DNA from: an uncultured delta proteobacterium
GTDB lineage: Bacteria > Desulfobacterota > Binatia > Binatales > Binataceae
Reading direction: 5' to 3'
Assembly (NCBI GenBank): GCA_963842085.1
Contig: CAWJET010000002.1
Coordinates: 1,056,001 to 1,120,000, forward strand
DNA length: 64,000 nucleotides
In this document: positions 59,099-64,000 of the stretch, one piece after another
How positions within the stretch are numbered: position 1 is the first letter of the stretch
Layout: every line of letters begins with the position of its first letter
Notes under the pieces: generated by a model
Databases searched by the model: none
Seen by the model: only the letters and a program-made list of their open reading frames with translations
What the model was told of the DNA's origin: nothing
Program-made: the position numbers and the translations under genes

Positions 59099-60055
59099 TC
59101 AGAAGAAATCGCCCAGGTTGTTCGCTTCCGGGCTTCGGGGCTTGAGCCGCCGGAAGTCGATCCACATATCGAACACGCCCGCAATGCACACCAGCGCAGC
59201 CACAACCGGCTGCGCGAACACGACAAAATAAATTATGCCGCGCACGATCGACGGGACCGAGAGCGATTGAAAGTAGAATCCGACAATCGCCAGTCCCTGG
59301 CAAAAGTACACCGCCGCGATACAGATGAAGCCGTTGAGCGCGATGTCGCTTACTGCGGAAACAGGAATGAACAGCCCGAACCCGCCGGCGAGCAATAGCC
59401 ACACCATCCATTCCGGCGCCGACCATCGCGAAAGATCACCGAACAGATTGTAGGTCAGCCGCTGCGGCCCCGCCCATCGCCAGAACACGCGCAGGTTGAG
59501 CAGCATCGTGCTGGCGGCGACCAGCAACGCGAACGCCGGCGACAAGCGCATCGTGAGCGAGATGACGCTCGCCTGCGTATCGGCTGGAATCGTTTGTTGT
59601 ATCCCGAGCAGCTTGTAGAAGTCCTGCCCGCGGGCCATCCCCAGTGCAAGTTCGTCGTGGACGGTCTTGATGAGCGCGTCGGGACCGCCCATCACCACGA
59701 GCGCCGCCACGACCGAAGCCGCCACCATCACGCCCGCGCCGACCGCAGCGATCGTCTCAAAGGAGGAGCGCCGCTCGAGCATGTAGCACGCGACCGCGGT
59801 GGCGAGGCCGAACGACACGAAATAAGCAAGACCGCCGAGCGGTCCCCACAGAATTGCTACGAATGCGGTCGCGAGCAGGACTGCGATAATCGCGCGGAGA
59901 TTGGGAGTTGGACGCCCGACCGCATACAGTATGATTGGTGCGGGCGCGAGCATCATCAGGATGCCGCCGAGCAGCGGGATCGCGCCGCCGGCGAGGAAGA
60001 ATGCCCCCGCCAACGCGGCCGCACGAACCATCCCGATAACAGCCTTGCGCGTCAC
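59099..60055 (-). CDS. DUF2232/YybS family membrane protein
   Basis: Multi-TM; YFCQGLAIV and GVFDMWIDFRR; conserved position between rpsR and rplI. Confidence 0.85.
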   Translation of the reverse strand: MTRKAVIGMVRAAALAGAFFLAGGAIPLLGGILMMLAPAPIILYAVGRPTPNLRAIIAVLLATAFVAILWGPLGGLAYFVSFGLATAVACYMLERRSSFETIAAVGAGVMVAASVVAALVVMGGPDALIKTVHDELALGMARGQDFYKLLGIQQTIPADTQASVISLTMRLSPAFALLVAASTMLLNLRVFWRWAGPQRLTYNLFGDLSRWSAPEWMVWLLLAGGFGLFIPVSAVSDIALNGFICIAAVYFCQGLAIVGFYFQSLSVPSIVRGIIYFVVFAQPVVAALVCIAGVFDMWIDFRRLKPRSPEANNLGDFF

Positions 60056-60068
60056 TGGATTAGGCGGT

Positions 60069-60431
60069 CTACACGCCCAGCGTCGAGAACGGCAGCAGCG
60101 CGAGCACGCGCGCGCGCTTGATCGCGACGGCAAGTTGGCGCTGATGCTTGGCGCAATTGCCTGAGGTTCGGCTCGGGACTATCTTGCCGCCCTCGGTGAT
60201 GAAACTGCCGAGCGTGCGCACGTCTTTGTAGTCGACCTTGAGCGTCTTGTCGGCGCAAAAGCGGCACACCTTGCGCCGTCCACCAGGGCGCCCCCGACGC
60301 ATCCCGCCGCCGCGACCCTCGCCGCCGCGGCCCTCGCCGCGGTCACCCTCGGGGCGCGAGCCGCCGTAGCGTCCGCCGCCGCCCTCGCGCGGCCGGTCGC
60401 CGCCTCTTTCGGATCTTTCCTCGTCAGCCAT
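60069..60431 (-). CDS. rpsR: 30S ribosomal protein S18 (zinc-binding type, Gly/Arg-rich N-terminal extension)
   Basis: CRFC, DYKD, GKIVPSR, CAKHQR and [13 protein letters not shown] motifs. Confidence 0.97.
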   Translation of the reverse strand: MADEERSERGGDRPREGGGGRYGGSRPEGDRGEGRGGEGRGGGMRRGRPGGRRKVCRFCADKTLKVDYKDVRTLGSFITEGGKIVPSRTSGNCAKHQRQLAVAIKRARVLALLPFSTLGV

Positions 60432-60467
60432 TCACAGTCCTTTTTCTTTCGGTTCTTTCCGTTCGAT

Positions 60468-60761
60468 TTATTCCGGTTCGGTCCGCTCGATCGACGCAGC
60501 TACGACTTCAAACCCGGCGTCGGTCTTCAAGCTGCCCTTCAATGCTCTCATTCTTCCGATCACCTTGACCTGCCGACCCGGCTCCAGGAGCTGTTTTGCC
60601 ACCGTCGCCGATTCTCCCGCCATCACGATCCCGAGCCTCAGTTCCTCGCCGGGCGCGCCGCACTCGACCGTGAAGCGGAGGACAGGCGTGCCAGCGGGCG
60701 TGATGCGGACTTCGGGCTGAGCGAGCAGCCGGCCTTCGAGCTCAATCCGGTTCCCTGTCAC
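60468..60761 (-). CDS. priB: PriB-like/short SSB OB-fold protein
   Basis: NRIELEG...RITPAGTPV; 97 aa, no acidic DDDIPF tail; between rpsF and rpsR. Confidence 0.7.
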   Translation of the reverse strand: MTGNRIELEGRLLAQPEVRITPAGTPVLRFTVECGAPGEELRLGIVMAGESATVAKQLLEPGRQVKVIGRMRALKGSLKTDAGFEVVAASIERTEPE

Positions 60762-61233
60762 CTTCGGGCTCGGCGATTTCCTCGGCCGCCGCTTCCATTA
60801 TTTCCTCGGGAGCGTCGGGCGCCTCCTCGACCCGTTCCTCGCGCGCGGCCATCAGCGCGGCTGCGCGAGCTTCCTGGGCGGCTTTGGCCTCCGCTATCCG
60901 GCGGTTGCGCGCCTCGAGTTCCTCGCGCGCCTTAGCCACGTCGGCGTCGGCATCCACCAGGACAGATAGGTACCGCAGGACCGTATCGGAGAGCCGCAAA
61001 TTGCGCTCGACCTCGTTCATGACGGGGCCGGGCGAAACGTAGTCGAGTCGAACGTAGAAGCCGCGGCGCTCGCCCTTGATCTTGTAGGCGAGTTCGCGCG
61101 AGCCCCACTCCTCGGTTTCGATCATCTCGCCGGCGCCGGCGGCGATGATCCCCTCGTAGCGTTTGATGGCTTCCTTGATTTGGGGGTCGCCCGAATCAGG
61201 GCGGAGAATAAAAATAGTTTCGTAGCGCCTCAC
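60742..61233 (-). CDS. rpsF: 30S ribosomal protein S6 with acidic C-terminal extension
   Basis: RRYETIFILRPD, WG.RELAYKI and VLRYL motifs; GTG start after AAGGAGG. Confidence 0.96.
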   Translation of the reverse strand: MRRYETIFILRPDSGDPQIKEAIKRYEGIIAAGAGEMIETEEWGSRELAYKIKGERRGFYVRLDYVSPGPVMNEVERNLRLSDTVLRYLSVLVDADADVAKAREELEARNRRIAEAKAAQEARAAALMAAREERVEEAPDAPEEIMEAAAEEIAEPEGDREPD

Positions 61234-61245
61234 GCGCTTGAATGT

Positions 61246-61283
61246 CCTCCTTACGGATTTCAGCCCCAGGTTGGAGCAAGGAG
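61246..61283 (-). promoter_or_regulatory. S6:S18 ribosomal protein leader RNA
   Basis: CUCCUU/AAGGAG stem containing the SD, inner GCUCCA/UGGGGC stem, internal-loop CCG just 5' of the SD; upstream of rpsF. Confidence 0.75.
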
Positions 61284-61451
61284 CAATCCCGTACAGTACC
61301 ATCGCGCCGGTTCGCTCTCAAGGCTGCGCGGCGGTCATTTCAGCTCCGCGGATGGCGGCCGCGATTGGCGGGAGGTCGGCTCCTGCTATTGATCTTGCTA
61401 TTCGCAAGCGGTCTGTTAGGAGCAGATGCGGCAATTCAGGAGGATCCTCCA

Positions 61452-62720
61452 GTGGCCAAGCCCAAAAAGAAGACAGTGAAAGCGGCGGCAGAGTCCCGCA
61501 AAGTAGCTCCCAAAGCGGCCGAGGGAAAAAAGGCCGCATCCAAAGGCGTCAAACTCGCGGTCGCCGTCAAGGCTGCGAAGCGCCCGGCGCCGAAGAAAAT
61601 CGCCAGGCAGATAGAACGCAAGGTTGCCGACGTCATGACAGCCGCCGCGCGCGCATCCGTCGATCTCGAGAGCGCGGTCGGACGGATGGAGCGGGCAGCG
61701 GTCCTAAAGGTCGGCGAAGTCGCGGCCAGGGTGACCCGCGCAGTGGTGGAAGCCTTGGCGCATTCGCCGAAGATCCCCAGCTACGACGACTTGCCGGTAC
61801 GCCAGGGCGCGCCGGCGGGCGCCGCGTGGGGCGTGTTCGGCGACGACGACGAAGTCGGCACGATCAATTTGCTGACGCCTGAGCGCGTGCTCGCGGCGGC
61901 GTCGTCGATTCGCTCGGGCAAGGTATTCGCGCTGAATTTGCCCATCAACATCCCCGACCCGCCGCTCTTCACGCGCGGCAAGCATACCCACACGGTTAAG
62001 ATTTTCCCGACCGCGGAATTCGTGCTCGACGACTACCTGGACAACTTCTACCCACAAGCGTCGTCGCAATGGGACGCGCTCGCGCACGTGAAGCATCCGA
62101 TGTACGGGGCGTACAACGGGATTCCCGACAAGGAGATTACCGGGCGCGGCGGGATGCGCCTTGGGATCGACAACCTCGCTCGGCGCGGAATCGCGGGACG
62201 CGGAGTGCTCGCCGACGTGGCGCGGTACTACGAGCGCGTCGGCAAGTCGATCGATTTCACCAAGGCCGAATCGATCCCGCTCGCTGACGTGCAGGCCACG
62301 CTCGAAGATGAGGACGTCGCGTTGCGGGCCGGCGACATCCTGCTGATTCGGATCGGATGGACCAAGTTCTACCTGTCAGCGAGCGAGGAGATTAAGGCGG
62401 AGCTGGCGAAAGAGACCGTCGTGCCCGGGATCGAAGGCAGCGAGCGCACGGCGCGATGGCTATGGGACAATCACCTGGCGGCAGTCGCGTCGGATTCGCC
62501 GGCGCTCGAGGCGTTGCCGAAACCTGCGGGCGAGGAGATGGAGTTTCTGCATTTCCACATGCTGGCGTTCTTCGGAATGCCGATCGGCGAGATGTGGAAT
62601 CTCGAAGGGCTGGCGGAGGATTGCGCCGCCGACGGGCGCTACGACTTCTTCCTCACGTCGGCGCCGCTCAACGTGCCGGGCGGAGTCGGCTCGCCGCCCA
62701 ACGCACTGGCGATCAAGTAG
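61452..62720 (+). CDS. Cyclase (kynurenine formamidase-like) family protein with Lys/Ala-rich N-terminal extension
   Basis: WG.FG.DDEVGTINLL, SQWDALAH, GRGVL.D, GDILLIR.GW and GGVGSPPNALA motifs; AGGAGG RBS before GTG 61452. Confidence 0.88.
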   Translation: MAKPKKKTVKAAAESRKVAPKAAEGKKAASKGVKLAVAVKAAKRPAPKKIARQIERKVADVMTAAARASVDLESAVGRMERAAVLKVGEVAARVTRAVVEALAHSPKIPSYDDLPVRQGAPAGAAWGVFGDDDEVGTINLLTPERVLAAASSIRSGKVFALNLPINIPDPPLFTRGKHTHTVKIFPTAEFVLDDYLDNFYPQASSQWDALAHVKHPMYGAYNGIPDKEITGRGGMRLGIDNLARRGIAGRGVLADVARYYERVGKSIDFTKAESIPLADVQATLEDEDVALRAGDILLIRIGWTKFYLSASEEIKAELAKETVVPGIEGSERTARWLWDNHLAAVASDSPALEALPKPAGEEMEFLHFHMLAFFGMPIGEMWNLEGLAEDCAADGRYDFFLTSAPLNVPGGVGSPPNALAIK

Positions 62721-63085
62721 CAGGGGTGACCCCTGCACCCAGTGTTAAGGCCGCGCTCCGTTGTCGCGCGCGGCCACTACCCCAGGCGTGGGTGTCCTGG
62801 CCTGCGTCCGCAGAGGCGCCGCGTCTCCGCGATCCATAACCTCCGGAAAAAGATCCGGGGTCCCTCGACTTCGGCAGCCCTTCGCTCGGGATGACACAAA
62901 AAAAGAGCGCGGCACCCTCACCTACCGACCGCTAGGCGGCCAGCCTCCTCTCCCGTGAAGTAACGGGCGAGGTAATCTCCAGCTTCCCCTTGCCCTTCTA
63001 ACAGGGCCCTACGACTTCGCTCAGGTAAACTCCGCCCTCATCTTTCTTCTTTTCACTTTTCACCGAGTGCAGGGGTCACCCCTGC
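62720..63085. repeat. Composite repeat element bounded by inverted REP-like palindromes (62720-62740 +, 63065-63085 -)
   Basis: Same ends as 23502-23892 (right copy tail ACTC); internal AGATCCGGGGTCCCTC...TCGGGATGAC (62851-62895), CCCTCACC..CCTCTCCC..GGGCGAGG (about 62915-62973) and CCCTACGACTTCGCTCAGG (63007-63025). Confidence 0.85.
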
Positions 63086-64000
63086 TCAGTGCCCAGCCTT
63101 GGTCAGCGCTTCGGTCGTGAAGAAACTCTTGTCCACCGCGCCCATGTTGATGTACCAGCATTCGCGCTCCGGCGTGTCGGGTCCGGGCAGGTAGCAGGTC
63201 GTCGAGATGCCGGATTGTACGTCGATGCTCGAGGCCGCGGTGATGAATTCGCGCTTGAACGGATAGACTGCGACCTTGGCGTCGGGCACCGGGCGATCGC
63301 GATAGGTGTTAAGATAGATTTGCGTCTTCCACAACTCGCCCTTCCGATCGTAGCTGTCCACGTACGGATTGAACCATCCCTCGCCGTCAACGTAGACGAT
63401 CGTCTTCGACTGCAGCACACCCTGGATTCTTTCCGGACGCGGCGTGACTTCGACCACGTAGAGGTGGCGCATCTCCCAATCGTCGGGGCATGAAGTCGCG
63501 CCGCCGTCGGTCTTGCAGGGTTGCGCGGGGGCATTCTGCGCGTGTGCGCATCCGAGCATGTTTTTATCGCCAAGGTACTTGAAGTTGTATTCCTGCGGCT
63601 TGGCGCCGAACCCGCCGGCGTGATCGGCGTCCCAGGTCGAAAGTCCCGGCGAGGAGCTCATGATCACTTCGCTCACGCGGCGCACGCGCCGCTCTGCGGA
63701 CAGGTACGTCCACGCGTCGTCGCCGTGGTTCGCATCCCAGTAGCGATAGCGGATGGCGCCGCTGCCGCGATCCTCGGCGGGCGCAAGCGTGGGATATGCC
63801 GCGGCGCGTGTCCAGATGCCGGTGATCCTGAAATCCGGATCGGCCGGCAACGGTTCGACCTCGGTGCGTCCGATATCGGAATAACCCGCCAGGTGCCCAA
63901 GCTCGGTCAGCTGCATCAGCGATTGTTCCGCGCCGGGATTTTCCTTCGCCACCTGGCATTCGAAGAAGCGCAAATCGAAGTCGTCGGTCGCGATCGGCTT
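63086..64000 (-). CDS. DUF1329-like protein (partial, runs off the window)
   Basis: DDAWTYL..ERRVRR, YNFKYLG, WEMR..YVVE and YDRKGELWK motifs; no upstream stop in the window. Confidence 0.75.
   Translation of the reverse strand, partial: KPIATDDFDLRFFECQVAKENPGAEQSLMQLTELGHLAGYSDIGRTEVEPLPADPDFRITGIWTRAAAYPTLAPAEDRGSGAIRYRYWDANHGDDAWTYLSAERRVRRVSEVIMSSSPGLSTWDADHAGGFGAKPQEYNFKYLGDKNMLGCAHAQNAPAQPCKTDGGATSCPDDWEMRHLYVVEVTPRPERIQGVLQSKTIVYVDGEGWFNPYVDSYDRKGELWKTQIYLNTYRDRPVPDAKVAVYPFKREFITAASSIDVQSGISTTCYLPGPDTPERECWYINMGAVDKSFFTTEALTKAGH

Overview
This is a high-GC bacterial chromosome segment, probably from a deltaproteobacteria-like lineage such as Candidatus Binatota/Binataceae. That placement is inferred from gene order (rplM-rpsI...argC; rpsF-priB-like-rpsR-DUF2232-rplI) and protein style, not from a database search. 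Core content: tRNA-Asp-rplM-rpsI, argC, an iscS-iscU-iscA-hscB-hscA-iscX operon without iscR or fdx, secF, trmI, a class A PBP, manC/manB-like genes, an lpxL-like gene, glgC, and the rpsF operon with an S6:S18 leader RNA. There is also an ethylmalonyl-CoA-pathway-like cluster (ccr, short Mcd-like ACAD, two single MaoC genes, CitE/Mcl lyase), a FecR / outer-membrane protein / CHASE2 adenylate cyclase cassette between rpsI and argC, and efflux systems (RND pair, EmrAB-like pair). The most striking non-genic signal is a set of palindromic repeats. A 21-bp REP-like palindrome, GCAGGGGTGACCCCTGCACCC, occurs six times. Four copies abut or supply a stop codon, one is translated inside a CDS, and two inverted pairs bracket ~370-390-bp composite elements carrying a second covarying hairpin family (...GATGAC/GTCAT...). 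A third CCCCTTCC...GGAAGGGG hairpin family forms a ~214-bp-period array at the left edge. Other candidates are a divergent DksA/TraR-like zinc-finger gene plus an unannotated 56-aa zinc ribbon upstream of a lone secF, a gene-fusion deletion scar near 5950, several single-base frameshifts, and an AT-rich synonymous patch inside hscA. No transposase, integrase, CRISPR array or rRNA was seen.
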